Shown: piece after piece, positions 8,400-18,907 of the stretch | How positions within the stretch are numbered: position 1 is the first letter of the stretch | How the letters are laid out: each line of letters starts with the position of its first letter | IMG/VR virus record: IMGVR_UViG_3300042332_000520 | Coordinates: 1 to 53,828 of that record | Origin: a virus | Lineage: Duplodnaviria; Caudoviricetes | Length of the DNA stretch: 53,828 nt | Direction: 5' to 3' (one strand) | Translations under genes and position numbers: made by a program | Notes under the pieces: model-generated | Databases searched by the model: none | Told to the model about the DNA's origin: nothing | Seen by the model: only the letters and a program-made list of their open reading frames with translations

Positions 8400-9392
8400 T
8401 TAAGAAATACGAAGAAAAACAGTAGCGCCGGGCATATAAAAATAATTATATCCATCAGAAGTAACTCCCCATGCCTCTCCCAGCGCCCTCCATGTTCCGG
8501 CAGGGGCAAGAGTACCACCTGTACCAGTGCCGCTATAACGCAAAGATGAACCAGCGTGAGTTGTGCCCGGTCCATATGATGCGGTTACATTTGCAGTCGT
8601 CTGGGAAAAAGTTGTTCTTAAAAATGCATAAGAACCTACAGAACCAGCACCTGCTGCTGCTGTAGCATTCAAAACTTGTTGTGGTGAGATAAAATTAACA
8701 GTATTAGCATTATTAACGTTGAAATTACCCGGATTATATACGTTTACATTACCCGGAGTTTCTCCTCCAAATATCCAAGTAGGCTGTCCACCAAAACCGG
8801 ACCAATTAAGTTGAATAGCTGTACCGTCACCACCACCTGAAGCTACAGTAGAAGCTTTAGCAGCTAAAGTAGCATTAGTTGCCGTGCCTATAATTGTAGA
8901 CGTAAAAGTCTTAGTTCCAGCAATAGTTTGATTACCAGTATTATACACACCATTTGTAACTGTTCCAGCATTACCTGTTACACTTCCAGCAATGGTAGAT
9001 GTAAACGTCTTAGTTCCTGCAATTGTTTGATCACCAGAAGTGGATACATCTCCTGTACCATTAACTTGTTTATAGTTACTTGTATCTGCAGATGGGTCAG
9101 TTGTTCCAGAACCAGAAGCAGTAATTCTACGATAACCTAAACCATTGATTGGACTCCATACAACAGCGCCATTATCGTATGTTGTACCACTCACCCATTT
9201 TACAATATTAGTTGCTGCTAGTACAGCAGCTGCAGAATTAACAGCATTAACTTCGCTGGTATTTACGTTAGTTTGAAGAGCATTAGCTTCGGTTTGAAAT
9301 TGAGGTAATGCACCTAAAAATGAATCAGCCCTGTCATTAAAGTTTGTAGGGTCTTGTCTACTTGGTGGTGTTGGTAAAGCTGTAATAGCCAT
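8400..9392 (-). CDS. tail fibre protein
   Basis: Thr/Gly-rich; two GxQTIAGTKTFTSTI repeats; C-terminal VGSYAFL...GTWR.LG...FLRIS fibre tip. Confidence 0.8.
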   Translation of the reverse strand: MAITALPTPPSRQDPTNFNDRADSFLGALPQFQTEANALQTNVNTSEVNAVNSAAAVLAATNIVKWVSGTTYDNGAVVWSPINGLGYRRITASGSGTTDPSADTSNYKQVNGTGDVSTSGDQTIAGTKTFTSTIAGSVTGNAGTVTNGVYNTGNQTIAGTKTFTSTIIGTATNATLAAKASTVASGGGDGTAIQLNWSGFGGQPTWIFGGETPGNVNVYNPGNFNVNNANTVNFISPQQVLNATAAAGAGSVGSYAFLRTTFSQTTANVTASYGPGTTHAGSSLRYSGTGTGGTLAPAGTWRALGEAWGVTSDGYNYFYMPGATVFLRIS

Positions 9393-9404
9393 ATTATTTC
9401 CTTA

Positions 9405-10745
9405 TTAAATTAAACCTTCAATTTGTAAATTACAAATCGAATGAGTAGGGTATGAAATTTCAGTTGAGAAATCACGATAGAAACCATATGTAATTAATGG
9501 CTCTTCAAATTGAATATCTGTACTAGCCAGCCAGAGTACAGGTGTAGCTCTAATTTGATATAAAATACGTTGTACTTTATTTAAGTTAGCATTTGTAAGG
9601 GAAACACTGGCATTAATTCGTTTACTATAGTTTCTTTTAATGAAAGTTATATTACCAAATTCATCAGTATCTTTTCTGGAGTAATCAATAATACCAGCAC
9701 TAACACCGTATTGAGTATCTCCAATAAATTTCATTATTCCTGTGATAAAACTTCCTAAACTAATAGTCCCTGTACCAGAAATTTTAATAGTAATTAAAAC
9801 ATTAGAGGCTGTAGGAATATCCATATAAACACTCATTGTTCTTATTGTATCAGAATCATAGAAGAAATAGCTATACCAATCTAAGGAATCTCCACCAGTA
9901 AGTTGTTGAGCATTATGATAAATTTTTGTTTTTAAACCAGTATCAGTTACCGCTATGCTAGTTTTACTTCCGGTCACATTAAGTAAAGCTACCGTGTCAA
10001 TAGAAGAAGCAGTAACAGCAAAAATAATATCTGAACTTGAGCTAGATATACTACTAATTTGGTCATCGAAAACCGCCATTTTATTTGTTGGACCTGTTCT
10101 TGACCAATAAGAGGTAGCAGTTATAGGATTCTGATTTAAATTACTATTCTGTAAACTAATATACGTACCTAAAATACCATATGATACAGAAGTACCTAAT
10201 GCATAAGTTGTTCCAGAAGACCACTCAGCATAAGCATTAGTTAAGTTTGTATAAACTAATCCAGAGCCGGTAATAATATCTGCGGCACGAGTAACTGCTG
10301 TTGCTGCTGTATTTATCCAACTTGTTGCACTACCATTTAATTCTAACTGGGCTTTTGTGACTGTGCCTGTCACGGTTAGTGTTAAACTTCCAGCTGTCGG
10401 TGTAAACGTATAAGTTGTTCTAACAGGATAAGTACCAGTTCCAACCACTGTAGCAACGTTTGCTCCCGATAGTACGATAGTACCTGTACCATAGAAAGAT
10501 AAGGTATAAGAGGTAGCTATTACAGTTACACTTTGAGTTGTCAGAGTGGTACTGTTAAGTAAAATATTAGTAGCAGCATTTTCAATTAATACCCCTAAAA
10601 ATTCATGAGTAATTGGATCATAATTAATACGTACAGTATCAATTGCTGCAGTTTGCATTACCCCAGCTATATCAAAATAAGTACCTACAGTACTTCTAGT
10701 AATAGAGCCAGTAGTTGTCACTGGTTCTGGTTTTACTAAGTTCAT
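9405..10745 (-). CDS. tail tip/distal tail structural protein
   Basis: Position downstream of the tape measure gene; carbohydrate-binding-like WSSGTTYALG motif; C-terminal GIIDYSRK.TDEFG. Confidence 0.65.
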   Translation of the reverse strand: MNLVKPEPVTTTGSITRSTVGTYFDIAGVMQTAAIDTVRINYDPITHEFLGVLIENAATNILLNSTTLTTQSVTVIATSYTLSFYGTGTIVLSGANVATVVGTGTYPVRTTYTFTPTAGSLTLTVTGTVTKAQLELNGSATSWINTAATAVTRAADIITGSGLVYTNLTNAYAEWSSGTTYALGTSVSYGILGTYISLQNSNLNQNPITATSYWSRTGPTNKMAVFDDQISSISSSSSDIIFAVTASSIDTVALLNVTGSKTSIAVTDTGLKTKIYHNAQQLTGGDSLDWYSYFFYDSDTIRTMSVYMDIPTASNVLITIKISGTGTISLGSFITGIMKFIGDTQYGVSAGIIDYSRKDTDEFGNITFIKRNYSKRINASVSLTNANLNKVQRILYQIRATPVLWLASTDIQFEEPLITYGFYRDFSTEISYPTHSICNLQIEGLI

Positions 10746-10757
10746 AGTTTATCTTTC

Positions 10758-11090
10758 TTATTCTGGTTTTGGATATTTTAATTTAACTGCTAGACATTTA
10801 GCAATATATTCATCTATTTGTTGTTGATCACCTTTTACAAGACCATCAATATAATCTGTAATTGGAGGATATTCTTGAGCACGTAGCATTCTATATTCAA
10901 TAGCAGAATTATCTGGAACTTCATTAGGAACTAGTACTAGATTATCTTCAATGCACTCGACTCGATTACCTTTATTAACACCTTCAATTAAATTTTGATA
11001 TTCAATATCTGAGATAGTAATAAAATTATCTAGTGTGTCTACTTGCGGAATTGCGAAACGCTGTTTATCTTTTAAATAATATTTAGGCAT
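10758..11090 (-). CDS. fibre chaperone-like protein
   Basis: YRMLRAQEYPPI...D...CLAVKLKYPKP C-terminus typical of fibre-associated small proteins. Confidence 0.6.
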   Translation of the reverse strand: MPKYYLKDKQRFAIPQVDTLDNFITISDIEYQNLIEGVNKGNRVECIEDNLVLVPNEVPDNSAIEYRMLRAQEYPPITDYIDGLVKGDQQQIDEYIAKCLAVKLKYPKPE

Positions 11091-11662
11091 TAATCGATCC
11101 TCATAATACGAAGGCAACCCATATAACCAGCAGCGGCATACGAAATGTTTGTTTGTAGACCTGTAGGAGTACCTGCTGTTATTAATTCACCTGCATATAA
11201 ATAACCCCAATAACTTGATTCTGTATATGCAGCATTATAACCTGCGTGACTATGTTCCCAAGCACCTAATGTTCTAGTTTCTAAGTTAGTTCTATTACCA
11301 TTGGAACCTAATCCAATATAAGTATCACCAACACCATTAGCTCTTGCTGTAGCCCTACAAATATATAATCCTGATTTTAGTACATAAATACCATCAGTAG
11401 AAGATACCCAATCTAAACTTGATCCGTTACCTTGACCACTATTGTATCTAAATTTATAATCAGATATCCAGCTTGTTTGACCAATCTTAGCTGCCCACTC
11501 ACCACCTAGAGTTGTAGCTCTGTAAGCAGTTGTAGAACTCGCCACTGCAAATCTATTTTCATCGGTAATAAAAAGGGGTTCACCTTCCAGTAAACCCCTT
11601 GTAGAAGCTAGGGCATCGATCTTAGCCCTAGTACCTCGTTTTAATTGTAAAGTAGTTGTCAA
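11090..11662 (-). CDS. small fibre/receptor-binding protein with Mtd_N-like N-terminus
   Basis: LQLKRGT...LLEGEP.F.TD.NR N-terminus and beta-rich C-terminal domain. TTG start overlaps the tape measure stop. Confidence 0.6.
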   Translation of the reverse strand: MTTTLQLKRGTRAKIDALASTRGLLEGEPLFITDENRFAVASSTTAYRATTLGGEWAAKIGQTSWISDYKFRYNSGQGNGSSLDWVSSTDGIYVLKSGLYICRATARANGVGDTYIGLGSNGNRTNLETRTLGAWEHSHAGYNAAYTESSYWGYLYAGELITAGTPTGLQTNISYAAAGYMGCLRIMRID

Positions 11663-14600
11663 ACGACACCTCCATCAATAGTAGCTGATACACTTAGTGT
11701 TTCACCATCTTGGTTAGCACGTTCTAGAATCTTAGCTGTCTTAGCATTGTGAGATACATCAGCTCTTACTTCAGCACGTAGGCCTTGAACTTCTGTAACT
11801 AATGCAGATAACAATTCTTGATTACTTGAAGTAGCACTAACAGTTGCTGTTGCACCTGTACCTGAAGCAGAAATAGCAGAAATAGAAGTAGCAGTAGGAG
11901 AAGCACTCAAGAATCCATTTGCGCCTGTATAGCCTAAAGTATCTTGTAAAGATTGTGCAAGTCGAGCACGAGCCATTACAATATCAGTAGCATTGACAGC
12001 AGTAGCGCCAGCAATCTGTTCTAAGCCTTTTGTGACCTCTGGTAACTTACCTAGTGCGGTAGTATCACCAGCTCTTGCTTGAGCAGTTAGAATAGCAAAT
12101 TGAGCCTCTAATCCAGCTTGGTTAGTATCAACACCACGTAAACGAGCAATCTCATCGACAACTGATTTAGTAGCAGATTCCAATGCAGCTTTATAAGCCT
12201 CTTCAGCTTTAGTCTTGTCTTGCAATGCTTGGATTTGATCGTAGATACCACGATTTTCATCACTTAGTAAAGCAGCACGATCAACTGCAGCTTGAGTTGT
12301 CTTACCTTGTAGAATTGCTAATTGCTGTTCGAGTTTAGTTTTCTCGTCTGTAACTTTTGCAGCAGCTTCAGCAGCGGCTTTTGAATCTTCTAGGGCTTTA
12401 ACTTGGTCAAATAACGCTTGATTAGTTTCATAGATTTTATCACGTTCTCTAGCTCGTAAAGTAACTGTATCCCCTTGTAGAGTTAGAAGCTGTGTTTCTA
12501 AATCATAACGCTGTTGTAAAACTTGTTCACCAAGTTTCTCTAAAGCATCGTATGATTCTAAGCCTAGTTTTTTAGCAAGGTCATCACCAAAACCACTAAG
12601 ATATTCATCAATCTTTTTCTGACGTTCTTCACCAGAAAGACCTTTTAGATTTAACTCAATACTCTTAGTAACATCTTTCAATCCAGAAGCATCTAAGCCT
12701 AACGCATCAGCATATTTCTTAGTAGTTACATCTAAACCAACTAAAGAAATATCTAAATATTCTTGAAGAGTATCAGATACCTTAGAAAAGTTTCTACCTG
12801 ATTTATTACTTCTAAACCAACCGCCTTTTTGGAACCAGTCTTCAAATGCTTTTACATCAGCACCTTGAGTTGTAAGAGTACCTACAATACCTTCACCAGT
12901 AATCTCCTTAGCCTTCATACCAAAGGCACGATTAGCTACACCACTTACAGCACCTACACCTAATGCAACTAATGGACCTAGACCCGGAATAAAAGCAGCA
13001 GCGACAGTAGCTACGTCTTGTAGTTTTGTCATTGTCTTGCTGATTTCGTAGTCTTGACTGATTACTCTATTTGCAGCAACACCAGCAACAGCACCCGCAG
13101 TAGGAGCAGCAGCAGCACCTGCATTGAATGCACCAGATGTTGCAGAACCTATAGAAGACACAGGAGCACCCATACTGAAACCAGAGACTACACCTTGACC
13201 AAAAGCACTAGCAGCAGCACCTAGTGTTGTACCACCTATAGCGATACCACTTATTTGACTTCCAATAGTACTAGAAAGAGTACTACCTTTAGCGCCACCA
13301 AGAAGGCTATTTAAACCTGATGAAACTATATCAACCACAGCTCTAATGTTAACAGTAATCTCTTTTCTGAGTTCAGCTTCTAAAACACTTCTCAATGCTT
13401 TACCTGTATTTTTCCAACCTTTACCTAGATTGTCTACAAGAGCTTTAGTAATCTCTTCATTGACACGATTGTATTCTTGTTTATAGTATAATATTTCAGC
13501 ATCAATACCAGCTTGTACAATACTAGTTCTAGCAATATCGATTGCTTTGTTAGCATTGGTCATCGCAGTAATATATGCGCTATAAGCAGCACCTCTTTCA
13601 GTACCAGAAGCATTAGGATTGTTCAATACAATTAAGTATTGTTTATAAGCTTCTTCTTGTGCTTTAGTGAACTTGGAAACTTCAGCAGTCTGTCTCTTAG
13701 TTTCATCAGCAACAGCTTTAATACTTGCAGCTTCTGCACCATACGCATTAGTTAGTCTATCTTGTAATTCAAGATCAATTCTTTTATTTTCAGCAATATC
13801 TTCCTGAGCTTTAGCATACTCTTTAAAAGTCTTTGTACTAGCAAAAGCTGCTTTCTCAAACTCTAATAGAGCAACTTGTTCTCTTGCGCTAAATGCGGAG
13901 TCTATTTTTGATTTTGTATCCTCAACAGTAGCATTAAACTCTTCAAAATCTTTAGTTAAATTAACTAGTTGTTCTTGAAGTTGTTTTTTATTCTCAGGGT
14001 CTTTAGCTTTGCCGAAAGCTTGTGCTAGTAAAGTAGCTTGAGCTTCGTAAGCTGTCTTATACTTAGCACTAAAACTATTAATAACCTCTAATTGCTTTTG
14101 TTCAGAACGGCTTAATAAGTCAGTATCTTGTGCAATAAAATCAGCACGTTCAATTAGACCTGCATCAAAACGAGCTTTTAAGATAGAGCGTTCATCTTTC
14201 GCAAAACCTTCAGCAAGTCTCAATTGTTCGTTATAATCTTTTTGGATTATGCTTAAATCTTTGCTGGCTGAAACTGTTACAGCTGGACCCTTCTCATCTT
14301 TATATTTATCTCTAATATTTTGAAGAAGTTTTTCATATTCCACTTGAGTAATTAAACCTGCTTTAACAAGCCCTTGATATTTAGATTGAGCTTCAGCAAT
14401 TTCTTTTTCTCGTTTATCTTTATTAGATGAAAACTGAGAAACATCTTTAGCGTATTCTCCAAAAACTTTACTTAGTCTTGCTTGATCTGAAATACGAGTC
14501 TGATCATTATCACTTGCTTGTTGAGAATATTTCAACTGTTCTTTTAACGCTGCGAGCGTAGCCTCATTATTAGCCTTAGTCGCAGGAGAAGCTTGAGTAC

Positions 14601-16593
14601 CTAATCTAATAGTTTCCTCTACTTCTTTAATCTGTCTTTTTAAATTCTCAGTCGGTGATGCTTTTCTCCACAGTGCTCTGAAAACCTCGTCAAAGAAATC
14701 TCCAACATTAGAAGATAAGCTCTTCATAAAAATTGCAAAATCGGATAACTCTGTTTTTAATCTATCTTTCTGTTGTATAGTAACATCAGCATATGCCTTC
14801 ATTGCTACAGCAGCTGCTTCACTTTCCTTACCTTGCTTCGATAATTCTAATACAACTTTTAATACCTCAGGAGCCACCAAACCAGTTGCTTTGGCTATCT
14901 CATTTAATGCTTCAACTGGCTTCTCTTTCAATTTAGCAAATTGTTTAACTGTATCTTCAATAGCTACACCTGCAAATTTTAAATTATTTGCTGAGGTTAC
15001 AACCATATTGATCTCACCAGCCAAGAAACCACCTTCTTTAGCCATCTCTTGCATAACTTTTAAAGCTGTACCTGAATTGACTCCAACACTATTTAAAGCT
15101 TCTGCATAAGCTACTGCACCAGTCGTATTAATGCCTAATGAAGCTCCAGTTTTAACTAGTTGAACCGTCATTGCATCTTGCTCTTTTACTACATCGTACA
15201 AGCCTTTAGCTAAAGCAATAAAACCTGCAATTGCGGAAACTAAGAGAACACCTGTTAGAATTTGTAGTCCAGCTGCAGCACCTTTAAATAAAGACATTAA
15301 CTTACTATCAGAACCTGCTGATAAAGCAATACTATATCTTAGTCTTTCAAGCACTTGTTCAGTACCTGTAATCTGCATAGCAAAATCTGTTACAGCTTTA
15401 CCACTTGCCTTAATTGCATTAACAAAGAATCCACCAATAGCTTGACCAGTTTGCAAGAAGGAAGTTGCAATCTGTGTTGCAGCACCAGCCATAGCTTGCT
15501 CTAATTGTTTACCACTTGCACCAGCTTGTTGAATAGCACCACGAATCTGATCACCTTGTTGGATCATAACCAACAGAGGATTCATACCAGAAGCTAATGA
15601 GATACCAACGTCACCCATCTGAACAGAAATAGCACGAGCCAAGTATTGTAATTTATCTGCTTGCTTTTTATCTGCAATGGCATCGAACTGAGTTTTAGCT
15701 TTAGCTAATTTAACTGCAGCTTCGTCCGAACTCATACCTGTTTGACGTAAGGCTTTCTCGTATTTGACCAGAGCATCGCTACCAGCCTTATCGAGTTTGG
15801 CGTTAGAAACATCTAAAGCAGCAGCTAAACGAGCGTCCGCATCTGCAAGATAGGCTGTAGCCTTAGCTGCATTAGAGGCATCTTTTTCTTGTTGCTTAAT
15901 CGTACCAGTAATCACGTTTTGCTTTTGTGCAAGAGCACCAGCAATACCAATAATTTTTTGATACTCAGCTTCTACTTGTTGCGTTGACTTACCCTCCATT
16001 ACGGATAAGGCGATTAGACGTTGCTTTTCAATAGCAAGTTCTTGCATTTGCGTCTTAGTTAGACCAAGACTTTTATTATATAATTGCTCAACTTCTTCAG
16101 CAACTTTTAGTTTATTTGTCCATGACTCTAAAGCACCGATACTTTTATCGAATGGATCAGTGCCCATTAAAGTACGTTGTGTGCGTAAAGTTTTACTTAG
16201 TTCGTCAATCTCACTACTAACAGCACCAGCTACTTTAGCTGTAGCCATCATTGAAGCTTGACCTCTTGAGTGACCCTGAGCCATATACTCTAGGACCATA
16301 ATTTGTTTCTCTAAAACAGATACTTGATTTTTTGAAGAACCAGTAGCACTATCTTGAGACTTAGCTAATCTTTCAGCAGCAAGGGCGGCTTTAGCATTTG
16401 CTTCCTCTGTCTTAGCGGCAGTCAAGGCTGTCTTAGCTTGAGCCAGTGCTAATTTTTCTGCATCAATAGCAGCTTGTTTAGTTGGTTTATTTACTTTACT
16501 AAGTGCATCACCTAATGCACTGATCTTCTTGGTGGCAGCATCAAGTTCTGTAGTGTCTACGGTAAACTTTAGTTCTTCTAAATTTAGTGCCAT
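11659..16593 (-). CDS. tail tape measure protein
   Basis: 1644 aa, Ala-rich and helical; lambda-H-like Q.GD..ISLASGMNPL.VMIQQGDQI motif; follows the tail chaperones. Confidence 0.92.
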   Translation of the reverse strand: MALNLEELKFTVDTTELDAATKKISALGDALSKVNKPTKQAAIDAEKLALAQAKTALTAAKTEEANAKAALAAERLAKSQDSATGSSKNQVSVLEKQIMVLEYMAQGHSRGQASMMATAKVAGAVSSEIDELSKTLRTQRTLMGTDPFDKSIGALESWTNKLKVAEEVEQLYNKSLGLTKTQMQELAIEKQRLIALSVMEGKSTQQVEAEYQKIIGIAGALAQKQNVITGTIKQQEKDASNAAKATAYLADADARLAAALDVSNAKLDKAGSDALVKYEKALRQTGMSSDEAAVKLAKAKTQFDAIADKKQADKLQYLARAISVQMGDVGISLASGMNPLLVMIQQGDQIRGAIQQAGASGKQLEQAMAGAATQIATSFLQTGQAIGGFFVNAIKASGKAVTDFAMQITGTEQVLERLRYSIALSAGSDSKLMSLFKGAAAGLQILTGVLLVSAIAGFIALAKGLYDVVKEQDAMTVQLVKTGASLGINTTGAVAYAEALNSVGVNSGTALKVMQEMAKEGGFLAGEINMVVTSANNLKFAGVAIEDTVKQFAKLKEKPVEALNEIAKATGLVAPEVLKVVLELSKQGKESEAAAVAMKAYADVTIQQKDRLKTELSDFAIFMKSLSSNVGDFFDEVFRALWRKASPTENLKRQIKEVEETIRLGTQASPATKANNEATLAALKEQLKYSQQASDNDQTRISDQARLSKVFGEYAKDVSQFSSNKDKREKEIAEAQSKYQGLVKAGLITQVEYEKLLQNIRDKYKDEKGPAVTVSASKDLSIIQKDYNEQLRLAEGFAKDERSILKARFDAGLIERADFIAQDTDLLSRSEQKQLEVINSFSAKYKTAYEAQATLLAQAFGKAKDPENKKQLQEQLVNLTKDFEEFNATVEDTKSKIDSAFSAREQVALLEFEKAAFASTKTFKEYAKAQEDIAENKRIDLELQDRLTNAYGAEAASIKAVADETKRQTAEVSKFTKAQEEAYKQYLIVLNNPNASGTERGAAYSAYITAMTNANKAIDIARTSIVQAGIDAEILYYKQEYNRVNEEITKALVDNLGKGWKNTGKALRSVLEAELRKEITVNIRAVVDIVSSGLNSLLGGAKGSTLSSTIGSQISGIAIGGTTLGAAASAFGQGVVSGFSMGAPVSSIGSATSGAFNAGAAAAPTAGAVAGVAANRVISQDYEISKTMTKLQDVATVAAAFIPGLGPLVALGVGAVSGVANRAFGMKAKEITGEGIVGTLTTQGADVKAFEDWFQKGGWFRSNKSGRNFSKVSDTLQEYLDISLVGLDVTTKKYADALGLDASGLKDVTKSIELNLKGLSGEERQKKIDEYLSGFGDDLAKKLGLESYDALEKLGEQVLQQRYDLETQLLTLQGDTVTLRARERDKIYETNQALFDQVKALEDSKAAAEAAAKVTDEKTKLEQQLAILQGKTTQAAVDRAALLSDENRGIYDQIQALQDKTKAEEAYKAALESATKSVVDEIARLRGVDTNQAGLEAQFAILTAQARAGDTTALGKLPEVTKGLEQIAGATAVNATDIVMARARLAQSLQDTLGYTGANGFLSASPTATSISAISASGTGATATVSATSSNQELLSALVTEVQGLRAEVRADVSHNAKTAKILERANQDGETLSVSATIDGGVV

Positions 16594-16689
16594 AATATGC
16601 TCCAGTTATATATTTATACAGTATAAATTCTTTCTTATATATACTATTAGTAATATACATAAGAAAGCCTCCGAATAGGAGGCTGACTG

Positions 16690-17088
16690 TTATTTCTTTT
16701 GTTGATTGCGCTTCTCAGCTTCCTTAGCTTCTTTTGCATAAGCAGTTAAAGCTTCATTATCTAATCGTTTAATTAGTATAATTTCCCACTCTTCGGGTAT
16801 TACATCTATCAAATCGAAATATGCTTTAATCTCTGTGTAGTTGATCGGATTAATACCGAAGCCATTAGAGCCTCTAGCATTGTGTAAGTCAATAAACCAT
16901 TTCCAAACTGACATACAGCTTTCAGGAAGTTCAATTAAATCATTGAACTCCTTAGGTTTAATGCCTGTTTGTCTCCATACAGAGTTGAGCTGATCTCTTA
17001 AAGTTGAACCATCTTTTGATCGTTTACCAAAAGCGAATTCTTGCTTTGCATAATCAACAGTAGTATCTAACTCAAGCGGGTCGAAAGT
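16690..17088 (-). CDS. tail assembly chaperone, gpT-like part (predicted frameshift product)
   Basis: Frame is open from 17088 to 16690 (…LELDTTVDYAKQEF…MSVWKWFIDLHNARGSNGFGINPINYTEIKAY) and overlaps the end of the upstream chaperone in the +1 frame. Confidence 0.75.
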   Translation of the reverse strand, partial: TFDPLELDTTVDYAKQEFAFGKRSKDGSTLRDQLNSVWRQTGIKPKEFNDLIELPESCMSVWKWFIDLHNARGSNGFGINPINYTEIKAYFDLIDVIPEEWEIILIKRLDNEALTAYAKEAKEAEKRNQQKK

Positions 17089-17485
17089 TTAGAATCTGAC
17101 CAGATTCCTCCGTTACCGCTTCACGAATCCAAGGATGCTCTTTAAAGATACGCTCTGCATTCTCTTTGGTAAATGGAACATCTTTACCACTCTCAGCGAT
17201 ACCTTTCCAATCGATAACACGAACGACAGCGGACTCAATGGCTAACTCTTCTGCCTCGTCTAGTGTCATATCGTCAGCTTCTTTGCCACGGCGTTTAGCT
17301 TGTTGTTCTTTTAGTTTAAATTCTGCATACTTCTTACGGGCGTATGCTTTAACGGTCTTAGACTGATCGCCACGAATAGTAATAAAAGCACCAGTGCCTT
17401 CACCAGTACCGGGAAGCTTTAGTTCGAACTCATAACCGGCTTCTGCAGTTTCTGCAAAATTGTTTTTACTTAGGTCAAATGACAT
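17072..17485 (-). CDS. tail assembly chaperone (gpG-like)
   Basis: Between tube and tape measure genes; VIDWKGI...PFTKENA...PWIRE.V...NF motif. Confidence 0.8.
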   Translation of the reverse strand: MSFDLSKNNFAETAEAGYEFELKLPGTGEGTGAFITIRGDQSKTVKAYARKKYAEFKLKEQQAKRRGKEADDMTLDEAEELAIESAVVRVIDWKGIAESGKDVPFTKENAERIFKEHPWIREAVTEESGQILNFRPA

Positions 17486-17540
17486 AATATTTCCTTTCAA
17501 TGTTATTAAAATAAGGTTTTCACCTTGCTATTGAAATACA

Positions 17541-17569
17541 ATTATAGCATATATTTCAAAGAAAATCAA
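17541..17569 (-). promoter_or_regulatory. sigma70-type promoter
   Basis: TTGATT-17-TATAAT with extended TG. Confidence 0.7.
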
Positions 17570-17593
17570 GAGGGTATAATCAGTTCTACAAAT

Positions 17594-17625
17594 GAAAAAA
17601 CCCCTCGGAGTTAACCAAGGGGTTT
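17594..17625 (-). terminator. intrinsic terminator after tail tube gene
   Basis: AAACCCCT...AGGGGTTT stem with U tract on the minus strand. Confidence 0.7.
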
Positions 17626-17634
17626 AGACAGCTA

Positions 17635-18843
17635 TTAAGCTAGTGAGTCTTGAATCTGAATTGTAGTTGCTGGTAGACCGGCAGTAGTTACATCGTTCAA
17701 TAGGGCTTGGAAGCTTGTAGAAGCTACAGCACCTAATTCACCGTCATCCACATCAAAGCTAGATAGCTTGACTTTAGGGATAGTGAAAGTGATAAAATCA
17801 GCAGTGGCTGTTGAATTTGAAGTCAAAGCCAGAACTAGTGATACTGGAGTTTCAGCATCAAAGTAACCACGGAAAGTATTATCTTGGAAGTAAACACTTA
17901 GATTACCAGTAACACGGATACGACCAGTGAAGATATCAGCAATAGAGTTAGAACCAACAGCAGTAGCATTCTCAGTAGCACGTTCAATAGTGAAATCAGC
18001 AGAAGTTACTAGAGCAACTGGAGCGCCTTGTACTAGCATTACACCGTTAACAGCAGCAAAAATACCGTTAGTATTTTGAGTAGTAGGACTTGTGTAGTAT
18101 TGTGAAGTACCAGTTTGGCCTAGGTCTTTACCCACGAAACCAACGTCAATCGTTGAAAGACCAGAAGCAGGTAGTTGAACAGCAATGCTATTAACTTTCA
18201 TACCTGTGAAGACTTCAGATTGAGCAATATCAGAGTACCACTCTTCGATAGAGTAAGATTGATCAGTATGGCCTGTTAGAGGAACTGAAGTAGCTTTACC
18301 TGTAGCAGTTACTGTGCAACCAGCAATTGGGCCTTCAGCGGTCATTGTAGTACCGTTAACAACAGCAACTGTTAATACAGTAGCGGTCATAGAAGCGATC
18401 AATAGGTTTTTGTTGATGTTAGCAGCGTTTAGAGTACCAACACTTAGACGTACAACCATACCAACTTGGAAACCATCTGTTAAGAAAGAACCAGTAGCAC
18501 GAGTTACAGTGTAGAGTGAACCAGAAGCAGCGATAGTTAGTGATACTGTAGCAGCTGTAGGAGCAGTTACAAAGTCTTTACCTACGATAGAACCCATGAA
18601 ATCAGAATAGGTTGCAGGGGATAGTTCACCATTTAGACTACCAACTGCACTACGTACACCGTGGCGGAAATCCGCTACTTGACGGTCTGTACGAATTTCA
18701 TTTGATTCGTATGCTTCTTTATTTAAGTTGAAACTTGCAGTTACTCTGCGTAGAAGTTTACCGCCAGTATTACCTGCAATAGTACCCCAAGTAGTTTCTT
18801 TTTTGTAGCCAACTTGTTTAGCTGTGCCTTTTGCGATTGCCAT
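17635..18843 (-). CDS. major tail (tube) protein
   Basis: KKETTWG, ESNEIRTDRQ, G.LNGELS and VTGNLSVYF motifs; no sheath gene nearby, so a non-contractile tail. Confidence 0.88.
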   Translation of the reverse strand: MAIAKGTAKQVGYKKETTWGTIAGNTGGKLLRRVTASFNLNKEAYESNEIRTDRQVADFRHGVRSAVGSLNGELSPATYSDFMGSIVGKDFVTAPTAATVSLTIAASGSLYTVTRATGSFLTDGFQVGMVVRLSVGTLNAANINKNLLIASMTATVLTVAVVNGTTMTAEGPIAGCTVTATGKATSVPLTGHTDQSYSIEEWYSDIAQSEVFTGMKVNSIAVQLPASGLSTIDVGFVGKDLGQTGTSQYYTSPTTQNTNGIFAAVNGVMLVQGAPVALVTSADFTIERATENATAVGSNSIADIFTGRIRVTGNLSVYFQDNTFRGYFDAETPVSLVLALTSNSTATADFITFTIPKVKLSSFDVDDGELGAVASTSFQALLNDVTTAGLPATTIQIQDSLA

Positions 18844-18907
18844 ATATATTTCTCCAATTAATTCATTTTGCAAAATGACTGATTTAAGGTATCAGAAAAC
18901 CCGTTGA

